64,000 bases of DNA from assembly GCA_964016885.1 (NCBI GenBank), contig OZ024743.1:216752001-216816000 (forward strand), in the 5' to 3' direction. Under the pieces are notes generated by a model, which was not told the origin of the DNA, did not search any database, and saw nothing but the letters and a program-made list of their open reading frames with translations. Origin of the DNA: Eledone cirrhosa. Taxonomy: Eukaryota. A program made the position numbers and the translations under genes. Each line of letters opens with the position of its first letter. The first letter of the stretch is position 1. Below, piece by piece: positions 1 through 13,635 of this stretch.

Positions 1-23
1 ATATATATATATATATATATATG

Positions 24-85
<62 letters not shown>

Positions 86-164
86 CGTATATGTGTGTGT
101 ATGTATATCTATATATATATATATATGTGTGTATGTATGTATGTATATATATATATGTATACAC

Positions 165-3100
165 TCGAGAGCACCACAATTAAGGGACCCAGAGGGGCCG
201 CCGCTGACACCATGCCAGGTGTCATACCGACAGCCATTTCTAGCGCCCCAAAAGTCACACCAGTGCTGCTGCTGAATGTCAGAGTTCTGGTGAAACTCAC
301 TAACATGAGTAAAATTTCCTAGCTGGGAGACTTAGCCATAAGCGATGAAGGGTTATACATGGCACTTACCGAAACGCGCCTGACAAGCAGTATAGCAGAT
401 GCAGATATACATATACCGAAATATTCTGTATTTCGTTCGGACAGGAAGGAGAGAACTCATGGCGGGGTTGCTCTGTATATCCCTGAAGATATCACACCAA
501 TTGTACTGTTGACATATTCAAACCCAGTCTGTGACACACTGATAATACATATGAAGCAACTAAAGACAGTAATATGTGTCACTTATTGCCCTCAGGGTAA
601 ATTTGAGGATAGCCTCAGTAGGATAGAAGAGGTCCTTGACAAACTGGACCAGGGTCTCAACATTCTACTACAGGGAGACTTCCACCTGCCAAATGTCAAA
701 TGGCCTGAGGGTCACCTACTCCCTGGAATGACGTCAATAGAACAGAGAGAGACGGAATCCCTGCTGGCCCTCACACACAGGCTGTTCATGGAACAACCAG
801 TACTCCTCCCAACAAGAGGCGAAAATGTCCTGGACCTCTGTTTTACAAACAAGGAAGTGCTCATCCACAATGTAAAGGTGACACCAACAATTTTATCGGA
901 TCATAACTTAGTAGAACTAATGGTATGTGGTCCTAGAGAACCAACAGAGACACAACCATCAAGAAGCACCGTGACGTTATCCAGACTTAACTTCTACAAG
1001 GCTAATTCGAAAAATATCAGGAGAGAAATCCGGAAGCGAATATGGAGCGAAAACACCACCACACAAGACACCAACACACAATTTCAATACTTCATGACAA
1101 CGATACACACTATATGCAAGAAGTTTGTCCCGGAGAAAAAGGCAAACAGACACAACAATCTTATTCCCAGATTTAGGAAAATCCTCATGAGAAGTAGAAC
1201 CAAGCTCTCAAACCAGTTGAATGCACAACAAGAAAACAAAAACAAGAAGGAACCCTATTTGAAACGGGCACTACTTGACACCGAGATTGCACTCAAACAT
1301 CCCTATGAAAATGAGAGGGCAAAGAAAGAAAGCAGGGCCATAGAAAATATTAAAACAAACCCTAAGGCTTTCTTTAAATTTGCAAATGAAACTGCCTCGG
1401 TACACTACAACATTGGGCCACTCTTCCATACAGACGGTTCATTAACCGAGAATCACCAAACGATATGTGAAATACTAAACGAACAGTACAAACATGTGTT
1501 CACATGTCCACTGAGGCACATGCAAATAACAAAGCCAGAGGAGTTCTTTGATGCCACAACACTACATGAAGAAATGGCGACGATCAACCACATAGACATA
1601 ACGGGGGAGGATGTGGTATACGCCATAGATGAAATTAGAACAGACTCAGCTGTTGGACCTGATGGATTCCCAGCAGTCCTCTTAAAAACATGTAAGTGGG
1701 CCTCCACAGTTCAGAAGCTCCTTGGCTAGTGGTATACTACCCAGGGAGTTGAAAGGAGGCACAATATTCCCTATCCATAAAGGAGGTAGCAGAGCGGAGG
1801 CCAAAAATTATAAGCCAGTCTCCCTGACTTCGCATATCAGTAAGGTCATGGAGCGAGTCGTCAGAAAGAAGCTGATCACTTTCCTCAAGGAAAATGACCG
1901 CCTGACTAGCACGCAGCATGGCTTCCGCCCTGGAAGAAGCTGCGCTGCACAGCTGCTACATCACTACGACTGCGTACTGAAACAACTGCTAGACAGCTCA
2001 CGTGTGGACGTGATATATTTTGACTTTGCGAAGGCCTTTGACAAGATCGACCACGGAATGATATGTCACAAACTACACAGACTCGGCATAACTGGAAAAG
2101 TAGGTGAGTAGCTGCATGAATGCTTAAAGGACAGAAGCCAGACAGTCGCAGCAAACGGGGCCCTCTCAAAGGAAACATTAATAACAAGTGGGGTGCCCCA
2201 AGGGACAGTCCTGGGAACACTACTGTTTTTGGTGGCTCTTTCAGACATGCCCTCTGTAGTACAAACAACAACATCCCTCTCTAGCTATGCTGATGACACT
2301 AAGGTAGCACAGGCAATCAAAAATCCGGCTTTTACAACAAGATCTGGATGCCATATACAAATAGGCGCAAGAAAACAATATGCAGTTTAATGCTGGCAAA
2401 TTCCAAGCCCTACAATACAAACCTGTAAACACAAATACAGTACAACACAGTTACGCAGCACCAGAAGGGATCGATATCCCCGTGTCAAAATCGATACGTG
2501 ACCTGGGTTTAGACATGAGCGATGATGCATCTGTTTTCTCACACATCATGAAAGTGGCGACAATGTGCAGACGACTCGCTGGTGGCATCTTGAGGACTTT
2601 CCGGACAAGCAACCGTGACACCATGTTGACACTATGGAGGACATTTGTCCTAAGCCGCCTGGACTATTGCTCCTAGTTGTGGTCAGCCCATAGATTCAAA
2701 CTAATCACGGAGGTTGAGGCAATCCAGCAAATCTACACCAAGAGGATTTCCACGATGAAGGGGATAAGCTACTGGGAGAGGCTAAAAGAACTGAACCTCT
2801 ACTCCTTCGAACAAAGACGCGAGAGATACGCAGTGATCTACATGTGGAAAATCCTTGAGGGACTAGCACTAAACTTTGGCATTGGGAGCTGGACCAACCG
2901 TCGAACAGGACGTCACTGTGTGGTGCCAAAGTTCACGTCTTCCACATCTAGAATAATGAGCAGATATTGCAATAGCCTGGGGTTCAAGGGCTCTCAACTC
3001 TTCAACAAGTTGCCGAGGAATCTGGGAGATCTGCATGGTGTGGAGGTGGATGTCTTCAAGAAACATCTCGACACTTTGCTATCCAGGATCCCGGATGAGC

Positions 3101-3250
3101 CCTCAGCAAGGCACGAGCGAAACCTAAGGGCAGCAGCAACAAACTCCCTCTTAACTAGTGGCCATCCAATACAGGCTGGAGATAAAATGTGTCGCAACAA
3201 TACCGGTGCCACAGCATGGCCCCAGTCGGATGGCTGGAACATGTAAAAAG
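165..3250 (+). mobile_element. Decayed non-LTR retrotransposon, CR1/L2 (Jockey) group, ORF2 APE-RT, inserted in (TA)n
   Basis: Consecutive ORF fragments 359-1729, 1722-2111, 2193-2390, 2380-2676 and 2677-3246. APE motifs: LTET, HGGVALY, GDF, LDLCFTN, SDHNLV. RT motifs: YKPVSLTS, QHGFRPGRSC, YFDFAKAFD, PQGTVLG, YADD, RLDYCS. Broken by frameshifts and stops; (TA)n on both sides. Confidence 0.9.
359..3246 (+). pseudogene. Disrupted LINE ORF2 (AP endonuclease + reverse transcriptase)
   Basis: Domain order APE then RT across five frames, with in-frame stops (e.g. TAG at 2109 and 2674). Confidence 0.88.
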
Positions 3251-3282
3251 AGTAAAAGAGTAGATATATATGTCTATGTATG

Positions 3283-3313
<31 letters not shown>

Positions 3314-3600
3314 ATATATATGTGTGTATGTATATAAGTGTATGTATGTATACATTTGTGCATATATGTATACATATAAATATATGTGCATGTATGTATA
3401 CATATAAATATATACATATATATATATGTATGTATATATATATATATATATGTGTATATGTATGTATATATATATATATATGAGTATATGTATGTATATA
3501 TATATATATATAATAAAAAATTGAACAGGGACAGAACAGAGAGGCAGTACGACAAATGTTTATTAGATTCACGCTCAGGAGAGTGGGGGGTAGGTGGAGG

Positions 3601-3632
3601 ACGACGTTTCGGGCATAAGCCCTTCTTCAGGT
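3601..3632 (-). ncRNA. Minimal Penelope-type hammerhead ribozyme motif
   Basis: Minus strand reads CTGAAGA-A-GGGC-TTAT-GCCC-GAAACGTC: intact core, 4-bp stem II and palindromic ACGT in place of stem III. Stem I is only ~2 bp. Lies in a ~400-bp insert (3511-3906) between (TA)n tracts. Confidence 0.65.
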
Positions 3633-3954
3633 AAGAGTTCAAAAGGTGTGTAGGGGAGTGGTGGAGAGACATATAGCGAAAGGAAACGGTGCGAATGAAA
3701 AATTAACAAATAAAGACAAAAATATAATAAATAATAAATAAAAATAAAGCATGATCAAAATACAAGGAATGAGAACATTTAAAAATAAAGGCATGATCAA
3801 AATAAACTGAAATTAAAAGGGGGGTAAACAGGTGGTGGAAGGGTGTGGGGTGAGTAGAGGTGGAGGCGGGTGGAGTGGGGAGAGGGAGACGGGGTGTCCG
3901 AGCGGGATATATATATATATATATAAAGACATACATATATATAATACATATATA

Positions 3955-4097
<143 letters not shown>

Positions 4098-4582
4098 AGG
4101 GGATTGTTTGAGTGTGTGGAGCGTTTTCTGTAGTTATAAGGGCTTATATCTCTGTATGAGTATATATATTTATATATAAACAAGTAGGCTTGTATAGAAA
4201 TGTGACCAGCAAGACAGCGTCTCGCCTAAAATAACGAAGAGTGTGTGTATTGGTAAATGAATGAATCGGTAGAGAATTAGGTAATGTTAACACATGGAGA
4301 AACGTATATATATATATATAAACACATACACATGTGCACGTATATATAATATGTGAATTTCTGCGTGTGTCTCTGTGTGTGTGTCTCTGTGTGTGTGTGT
4401 GTACGAAAAAAATTGTAGATTTATTTAACGCATAATGGGGACTATTATTGTTCAGACTTATATACTTGTAGTTCTGAGTGCGTGTGTTTGTGTATAAGTT
4501 TGTGTCGATGCGCGTGATGAAAAATTTGCAGCTGCTGGTACAATATATTCTCAGGAATAAAACAGAAAAAGATTCAGACAAG

Positions 4583-4624
<42 letters not shown>

Positions 4625-4635
4625 CTTGTCTGAAT

Positions 4636-4686
<51 letters not shown>

Positions 4687-4789
4687 CATATATATGAGAG
4701 AGAGGTAAATGTACGTTAACGGGTGTGTGTCTGTGTGTGAACCTGGATGGATTGGTAAATACAGACTAAATTCAAAATTCAGAAATGAG

Positions 4790-4990
4790 AATGATAATCT
4801 TTTCTACATTTGGCACAATGTCAACAATTTGAAGGAAAGGAGAAATTTGATTAAATCGACTCCAGCGTATAACTTTTTTATCGACCCTGTAAGGATGAAA
4901 GGTAAAGCTGACCTGGGTGGAATTTGAACTCAGATGGCAATATCTGTAACTATATGTTACAAAGCATGTTGTCGGACACTCTCCCATTAG
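4790..4990 (-). mobile_element. tRNA-derived SINE (Meta-domain-like family), diverged
   Basis: Reverse complement carries the B-box GAGTTCAAATTCC and the core CCTTTCATCCTTACAGGGTCGATAAAA shared with 23030-23425. Confidence 0.7.
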
Positions 4991-5386
4991 AGCATCTCTT
5001 TATCAAACAAAGGTGCTATATAAAAATCACATTGCGTGAGGTACAACAATGTGGAGGGTTATTTTATGTAGAAATGAATATAAAACAAAAACAAACAAAA
5101 TAACAATTATATTAAAGCAAAGAAAATATCCACGAGTTTTACTTTTGGAAAAAGCTATAAAGCCACCGTTCCTCTTGCCACTAAAGCAATTGCCTTCTCC
5201 CAGTTTCCTCCTATATAAAGGTGAATGCTTAGTATAAGCTTATCTATTCTATCCACGCTCGCCACTTTATATCCACCTTTTAACAAATTTGCGTAAGATA
5301 CCACTTCCCCGTCCTCTCACACTTTTCTCTTCGACTGAACCATCCAAAAGTCTATTAGATAATTCCGAAAGAGCAAATGTCTATCA

Positions 5387-5498
5387 TAATCCCGCCGAGG
5401 TTAACTTTGCCTTTTATCCTTACGGGGTCGATAAAATAAAGTACCAGTAATGAACTGGGTATTTGCTGGCCTTGTGCCAAAAGTAGAAACAATTATTA
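5387..5498 (+). mobile_element. 5'-truncated SINE copy
   Basis: AATCCCGCCGAGGTTAACTTTGCC...CTTACGGGGTCGATAAAATAAAGTACCAG...GGCCTTGTGCCAAAAGTAGAAACAATTATT matches the 23030 copy. Confidence 0.8.
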
Positions 5499-5659
5499 CT
5501 TTCATTCTCGTCCAAGACAAAAAATCTTTCAACATGCCCGCCAGACATAGAAAATCTGCCTGCCCGGCCTGGCTAAAAGGAAAATTGCTGGGTTATCTTC
5601 ACCTTGGACTCAGGTGATAGCTGTATCCATCTTACACGTGATAACAGTTGTTTGCTTTT

Positions 5660-5751
<92 letters not shown>

Positions 5752-7419
5752 AGGGGGGTATGTGTGTGTGTGTTGTAATGACCATCCCATATTATATCAG
5801 GAATATAAACTTATTTCCTGATGCTTTTTTATTCTGATCTATTCAGACGTGCTGTATTTTTGAATGTGAGTATTATATATGAAAACTAAATATATAATAG
5901 TATTTTAGTGTTTTGTTTGCTTTCCTCTAAATTTATAGAATATCTCAAGTATGTAAAAGACGAAATTGAAATATCATTATCGACTGATTATAATTATTAG
6001 TCAAAGTTCAGTAGCATAATAATTTTAAAGCTAAACCGACTGAAACGGACCCTGATTCTACAGCAGTAATGTTTATAGCTATTCTAATAAGTTTCTATTA
6101 TATTTTTACAGGATAATACACTGGGATAATTGTTAGCCTTGTGCCAAAAGTAGAAACAATTATATTTTTACAGGAAAAAAATGTATGTCGTTCCAAACAC
6201 ACGCTTAATATTAACAAATATAATTAAATTACTAAATTCATCTAAGTTGTTGATTATAGTCAAATTTTTGTGAACTTCCTAAACACTGTCTATCATTAGA
6301 CATATGATAAAGAAACGATTACTGTGTTACCAATAGCAGCTTATGATCTTTATTTTCGTCACAATAATTATAAAAATGTTCAGGCTTTCTGAAACTGGTG
6401 AAAAAGAGAAATATATCCCCAAACAGCTGGCATGCAATCGAGTGGACCCCATTAAAGCTACACGTGGGTAATTTGGGGTTTTAACTGGGTGACGGACTAA
6501 GTTACTAAACACTAGGATACGGCGGAATTTTACCTCCGAAAGCGAAGAGACGAAACAAATTTTACAACACAATTCGTACGATTCTTTAACAATTTAGCAA
6601 GACCACAAAACTCAAACCTCTACTTAATTTAACAATAGATTCCTAAGCTATGAAAGGAAAACTTGGCATCAATGGGATTTGAACTTAGAACGTAGATGGC
6701 AGCAACAATAACAACAAGTCATCAAATCCTAAGCACTAACGGCTTTATCAATTTACTATCTCTCTTTCAGCCAACACAAAAGAAACAGAGAGTTGGTATG
6801 GCGAATCCTTGAAAAGAATCCCAATGCGAATGTCTTATCTGACAGACCAGAAATTTGTGAAATATTGCGTGCATGAAGAGGAAATAGAAGCCAATCATGC
6901 ATCGTACAGAACCATGCATTTTGATGAACCAATCATTATGTAAGAACACACGTTATGCCTGACACATGCATTATGTGTAGAAGTAAATAGAAATGAGAAT
7001 GGCATGTTATATGGCAGTATCGAAATAAACATAAAGCTGAAATATATGAAAAGGAGTGAAAGTATGAGAGAAAAGTGTGTGTTTCTAAAACAATGGTGGC
7101 AGGAATTCTTACTATTCCATTACTAGAGAACTAATAAATGGCTAAACAGCGAATGGTTTCATAAAATGAGACTTACTGGAGACTGGAAAATGCGTTGTTC
7201 GAAATGGAACATAAATAAAGCTAAAGTAGATGAACAGAACATTTGAGATCAAAATAGTTAATAATTTTCCATTTGAAATATAATAAAGAGCTAAATTGTA
7301 AGAATGCTGCAAGTAAACTTCATCATATACAGGTAGGACCTAATTTTTCTTTACAATTTGCAGCTTAATGTTTCACAAGGGATGGCTCCTTCTTCGGTTT
7401 CGACGGTGAATATATAGAT

Positions 7420-8580
7420 GTTATATCAACTGAAAGGCCATTATCTTCAGCCGAGATAAGCGATACCCGAGCTGGCTGCATACGGCAAAAGTCACCGGTT
7501 CGGATTGTCTGCCTGACAAGGTTTATGTATAAATGCCAAAGTTGTTCTCCGATCTCCACAAAGCGGTCTCCTGCAACTCGCGGCCGAACAAGAAAATTCC
7601 GAGTTCTGTGAGCCGGGATGTAGTAACGCTGGTAAGGAAAGACGAGAACAAGAGGGATACTTTAGACAACTTTAGTCCCATAAATCTGCTAAGCACAGAG
7701 TTTAATATTTTTGCCAAGGTTTTAGCAAATTGATTGGCGCTTGTCATCGAGGATTTGGTAGGGGAGGCGCAAACTTGTGCAATCCGTTCAAGGTACATGC
7801 ACGACAACGTCCACCACATGCGATCATCATAGAGACCGTAGGGTGTATACCTGGATTCGATGGGGGCTATGATCAATAGAGATCAATCTAAAGCTTTCGA
7901 TGGAGTTAACCATCAATACATGAAGGCTGCCCCCAAGGCCGCTGGCTTCGGTCCCATCTTCAGATGGATAAAAAGTAGGACGAGGTTACGAACAGGGTAG
8001 CCACTCTCGCGCAGTAATGGTCCGAGAGGAAGCTGTCCCTCAAAAGTCGGGTGGAGGTGGTAAACCTACCACTACTTGACCATCATGCCTTGCCCCCGTT
8101 CGTGCCTCACCAAATTGGAACGGCTTCTCATCACTTTCTTGTGTATGGAACAGGTTCCCTTAGTGAGGCGCTCCATGTGTTGCTAGCGCATACGACTCGA
8201 AGGGCTGGGCATGCAGTGGCTAATGTTACGTACACATCTGCTGAGGTTTCAGCATCTCCAAATATTCTGCCTAAACAGTGAACAGGTGAGGTCACCGTTT
8301 GTGAGACAGACCTTTCCGCAGCTCATCTTTTTTGCTGAACTGCAGTCCTTGGTCAAGAAGAAGCCGAGACTGGGTGCTTAGCTTCTGGAATATTGTCGGG
8401 GGCCTTCTGTCCTCTATGATGCAGGAAATGCGTTTATTGGAACTCACAAGTTCTATAGACGATTAGTGATCGGCAAGCGTGCTGACGCACTCTGGGCATC
8501 GATGAAGTCGAATTCATCACTCTGTTCCGGAGAGCATTCTAGCCGGGGACTATGGATAACTGCCAGAAATCCCTCGCTTG
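7420..8580 (+). mobile_element. Degenerate, internally deleted Tx1/L1-clade ORF2 fragment
   Basis: VVTLVRKDENKRDTLDNFSPINLLSTEFNIFAKVLAN (7533-7733) aligns by eye with VVTLVRKDENKGDDIDNFRPITLLNTELKILAKVLA in the 29666-31150 ORF. Later parts match the 31.1-31.8 kb segment. Confidence 0.85.
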
Positions 8581-9810
8581 GTGTTGGTTGTTTTCATTTG
8601 AATATTAAATGTATGCTTGAAATAACAACCAAAATCTCTTTTTGAAATAAAGAACATTGGATAAGGAATTGTTATCAAAATGGAATGTTCTTCATCATAT
8701 TATTCAAGAGAATTTCTTCTTAATTTCTGTACCGAACCAAGTTATCAGAAATTATTCTTTGAAGACATGTGATATAAAGATACGTCATGGTTACCGTGAT
8801 ATGACAGGTAAATTAGGAAGAATATGTTTAACATTGTGGGTAATGGTAGTTAAATATATTAAAATGTATAAAGGTATTAATTTGAATAAATAAATTCACC
8901 ACGTCATTATCAATATAGGACAAATTATATATCTACAAAATACACTTTGTATTGAAATTTGTGATTATTTCAAACATACATATTTCCCCATAGACTTAAA
9001 TACTGAATTTAGACTTCACTTCGAATATAGTGTTTGTGGAGGGCTACAAATGAGAAAAGTATTGAATTTGAGAAAAAGAATACTATTTCATATTTATATA
9101 TTCCATTCGGGAAAAATTATTCATATAATTTCTGCCCGTTGTCTCAACAGAAAATGTATTGCTTGTGTGTTGGTCGGTGTGTTGGTGTGAGCATCCGATC
9201 GTTCAACGCGGCTACATCTCATATTTCGCTTGCCACTATGTCGAACATGTGAGATTTTCCTGATACCCTCATATTAATTCTTTCTGTATTTTCATTTAAT
9301 ATTATCTCTCCGGTGGAGAGATCAGAAATAATTTCTGGAATTCTAAACGAATCTGGAAGGATGGAAGACAAAAATATACGTTTCAAATTTTTATTGTTTC
9401 TACCTTTGGCACAAGGCCATCAAATACCCAGTATATTACTGGTACTTTATTTTATCGACCCCGTAAGGTCACCGTTTGTGAGACAGACCTTTCCGCAGCT
9501 CATCTTTTTTTACTGAGTTTCAAATTTAATGGGAAGGGAAAATCAATTATTTTATATATTTCGGAAGGATAAAAAGCAAAGTGTGCTTCTGCATTATTTG
9601 AACTCAAAGCGTAAAGAGCTGGAACGAAATACCACCTGAGAATTGGTTGCGCCAACGACTCAGACAATGATTCATTTTCTTCGTCTCAAGTTAATACATT
9701 CGAGGAGGAGGGGAGGGGAAGAAGAAGAAGTTTACGAAAGTCAAGCGTCTTCACATAGAATTGTTACATTAAATATTATCTTTATATACACACCATATTA
9801 TGGTAGTGTT

Positions 9811-9911
<101 letters not shown>

Positions 9912-10225
9912 CAGAGAGTGAGAGGGATACATAACAATATTCTGAAGAATGAATGAGTAAGTTAGATTGATGTGAAAGAGTAGTACACGATGGATGATGG
10001 AAAAAAAATGACCATGTCTAATCATTACTCATCGACAATATGTTTACATCAAACATTCTAATATATTCTCAGATATAGAACAGCACATTTCGCTTGAATA
10101 TATGTAATGTTTGATTAGGTTTTCTAGGGCTTGGTAATATGATGAATTATCTCAACATTTACAGACACTTTTTTACTGTATTGTAATTTGGCTGTTCAAT
10201 ATATATATATATTTATATATATATA

Positions 10226-10270
<45 letters not shown>

Positions 10271-10679
10271 GTGTGTGTGTGTGTGTAAATATATATATAT
10301 ATATATATATACTTTTCCTTTTATATTTTTTAATTAGTTTCAATGTTTGAACTGCTGATGCATTCACGTATTTGTATATATACCGTCATGTGTGTGTATT
10401 CACGTGCGTTTATGCGTATATAGAGAAAGATAGATTTTGTTGTAGACGTTTGTGCATGGGAGTGTGTGTGTGTTTTTTTGTGTGTCAATGACTCAGAATT
10501 ACCAATTTTCTGTGTTTTCCTTTACTACTCGAGACTTAGAACTACGAATAATATGACAGAAACTGTGATTATGTTCTCTTTGTTCTTTCTCCAAGCTAAA
10601 ATTACAATACAGCGAACTTACATTCCGTTTGATCAATGTACCTATATATATATATATATACACACACAAACACACACAC

Positions 10680-10739
<60 letters not shown>

Positions 10740-11133
10740 GTGTGTGTTTGTGTGTGTGTATGTATATATATATATATATATAAATTAAGAAATGCGTCAG
10801 CAGCAGCTGTGTACCATGAAGTAATATGCATATACATACATAGTGAATAAACGAGACTCCACCAATGTGTATATAAACATACATGCAATCAATATGTATG
10901 CATGTAAATTGAAAAAATGATAAACAACTGTAATCAAATTTGGGATCTAATTTTACCCTCATCACATAGTGTGTATATCTTGCAAATAACCACAAGAAAA
11001 CGTGTATATTTCATGGACGAATTTGATGGAATATTATTCTTAAATTGTTGTACTAATTTGCATACAATTAGCATTCGTATTGATCATTAGTTATGGTATA
11101 TATTAGGAAGCCTGCTCGCAGGCAATGACTACG

Positions 11134-11186
<53 letters not shown>

Positions 11187-11451
11187 AAAAATGGAGTGCT
11201 GCGTGGTTGCACATGGGTTACATATGAATAAAATTAGTCCTTCATCAGTGATCTTCCAACTTTCATTGGTATTTCATCGCTTTAAAGATCATATACCTCT
11301 GGTTGGTGCGAGCAATAACTAAATAAAGTTATTGGGACAAGTGAAATATGGTGAAACGAGCGAAACATGTAAACAAACATAAAATTGCAAGTTTGAAGAA
11401 TTATTAGATAAAATATATACAGTCTCTCTTCACCCTACTCCGTAGAAATCA

Positions 11452-12358
11452 GAAGAAAGATTGGATATATTTTATCTAATAATTAATCACACTTGCAATT
11501 TTATATATAGCTCTGATTAAGAAGTATTTGCTTAATTGAATGTTTCGTTGATCCATACCGTGAACGGTAGCCACACTCATATATGTATCTGTGACTATGT
11601 CTAAGTATATGTCTAAATATATACATATATTCCTATGAATTTAATATATACTACCGTTCGGTAGTGTAAAACTTTAGGCAGTATCTGGCTGCTCTTTATA
11701 GCAGCCAGTCTACTTGACACCTGGCCACCATTCACAACCTTCTACTTTGACCACTAGCCACGTGATGATTCTTAGCCATTTTTTAATACATTTCTGTGCG
11801 GTGATCACTGTGGAAATTTTAGTCCAAACCTTAGGGGTCTCTTGATAAGCTCTAAGCCTCATGGATAATACCAAGATAGGACATATCCACAAAGCACGAG
11901 CGAAACTATCGATAGTCGGGACTAAAGAAATGTTGGTAAAGTTTATATTAATTTTTTCTTCTAACCTATATTTTAGACTTAGCTGCGTTTAATTGATTAT
12001 GTGTCTAGTTAATTTCTACGGGCTAAGAGGAAGGACTAGATACATTTTATCTGACTCTTCCGAGTGGAAAATAGTCTGTATCGTTTGTTTATTATTTCTT
12101 CAAAGTTACACTTTAAACTTATAGCTCCGTTTAAATGATTATTTATCTATTTGATTTCTACGGACTAGGGTGAAGAAAGACTGGATATATTTTATTTAAT
12201 AATTCATCAAACTTGCAATTTTATATATAGCTCTGATTAATAATGATTTGCTTAATTAAATGTTTCATTGATACACACCCTGAAAAGTAGCCGCACTCTG
12301 TATCTGTGACTATGTCTAAATATATGTCTAAATATATACATATATCCCTATGAATTTA
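11452..12358 (+). mobile_element. HHR-containing element with ~190-bp terminal direct repeat (unit ~720 bp), retrozyme/pLTR-like
   Basis: 11452-11642 is repeated at 12172-12358; a hammerhead lies between the two copies. Confidence 0.6.
11831..11925 (+). ncRNA. Type I hammerhead ribozyme, U3-A8 core variant
   Basis: TCTC-TTGATAA-GCTC...GAGC-GAAA-CTATCGATAG-TC/GGGA. Stem I TCTC/GGGA plus TTAG/CTAA; stem II GCTC/GAGC; palindromic stem III; predicted cleavage after C11917. Confidence 0.75.
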
Positions 12359-13480
12359 TATATATCTATATAATAAATTTCATATTTTTCTATGCCATAA
12401 GATTCATGATTTTCAATGGTTAAGATAGATGTAGTCGATATGCCAACTAGTAACACAACGTTTTTCATGTCGGGGAAGTATGATTTTTAAGGCCTGGGTC
12501 TACATTTCCGTCCCTTACTTAATGTAACTATTTGGATGTATGTCAATAACGTTTTGAATGGGTCATTGCCTTCAGTTTCTCGCGTGTGTGGGGCCGTCGT
12601 TTGTGCTGATATTTCTTTACTGTCGGTGTTGTGTGTTGGATAGATAGATAGAGAATGCACGGTGTACAGAGGAAGAGGAGTACAGCCACTTATATATATA
12701 GAATCATTAGAAGAGCTGACTGATAAAATGACAAGTCAGTCAATTATATTGGTGGCCTCCTCTCAGCCCAGGCGGACATAATGGAATAGGCGTTTCCTCG
12801 AATGATGGCAAGGGAGACACGCCGGAAAAGCTATTCCAGCTCGCGAGGCTCACACATGCGGCTGGCCATCTCAGCGCCTATGGTGGTGAATAAGGAGTTA
12901 GTCCTAGGGCCGAGGACACCAGAAGTCTCTACTGCCAGTGGTACAACTGCTAACCTGTACTTATTGTTATTTTGACTGCGGCTGTTGTTAGTCACATTTC
13001 TCTTTTGTGTGGGTCTACATGATGATTTTTATAGAAATAATTGTAGTTAGGGTAGTGGTACCAATTATAGTCGTTCTTGTGTGTGGGGAGAGAGTTGTTG
13101 GAATTTCATGATGAATGAATAGATTACTGAAATGTGTAAGGTTTATTTTATAGCGGTGTCCTTTGTTCTTTCGAATTTCGTTCTCTTGGATATTGTTTGT
13201 CATTTTCTATACTTTAGCGATTGTATGTATTTTTTTTTCTGTTGTAGCTGTTTGTGTATATTTTAGGCTCGAGGGAATTATGTCTGTGCTGTTACCTAGG
13301 TGGTTTATTTACACAGATACTTCTTCATATTTAAGGAACCAATGTTCACTCTTTTCCCATCGTTGCGGGGATATATATTCTGCGTTCTCGCAGACCCGTT
13401 TCAAAAGAGTTTTTGAAATATTGGTCATTTAGATATTTTTTCGCTTGCGTTTGTTAATATATTTGTATATTTGTTCATTT

Positions 13481-13635
<155 letters not shown>

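Noticed and set aside
4569-4638. Perfect palindrome AAGATTCAGACAAGAATATTA-(TA)n-TAATATTCTTGTCTGAATCTT
   Set aside because: Most simply a foldback or template switch at a self-complementary TA run, or an assembly artefact; no functional signal.
9936-10068. HHR-like CTGAAGA...long stem (TGAGTAA/TTACTCA)...CAAAC
   Set aside because: The GAAA box and stem III are degenerate, so it was not counted as a ribozyme.
12546-12576. Minus-strand HHR-like CTGAAGG-C-AATG-ACC-CATT-C-AAAACGTT
   Set aside because: Two core positions are mutated and there is no clear stem I; at best a relic.
12780-13430. Possible minus-strand L1/Tx1 remnant (also ~36000-36420)
   Set aside because: Only compositional similarity; no diagnostic protein motif recovered.
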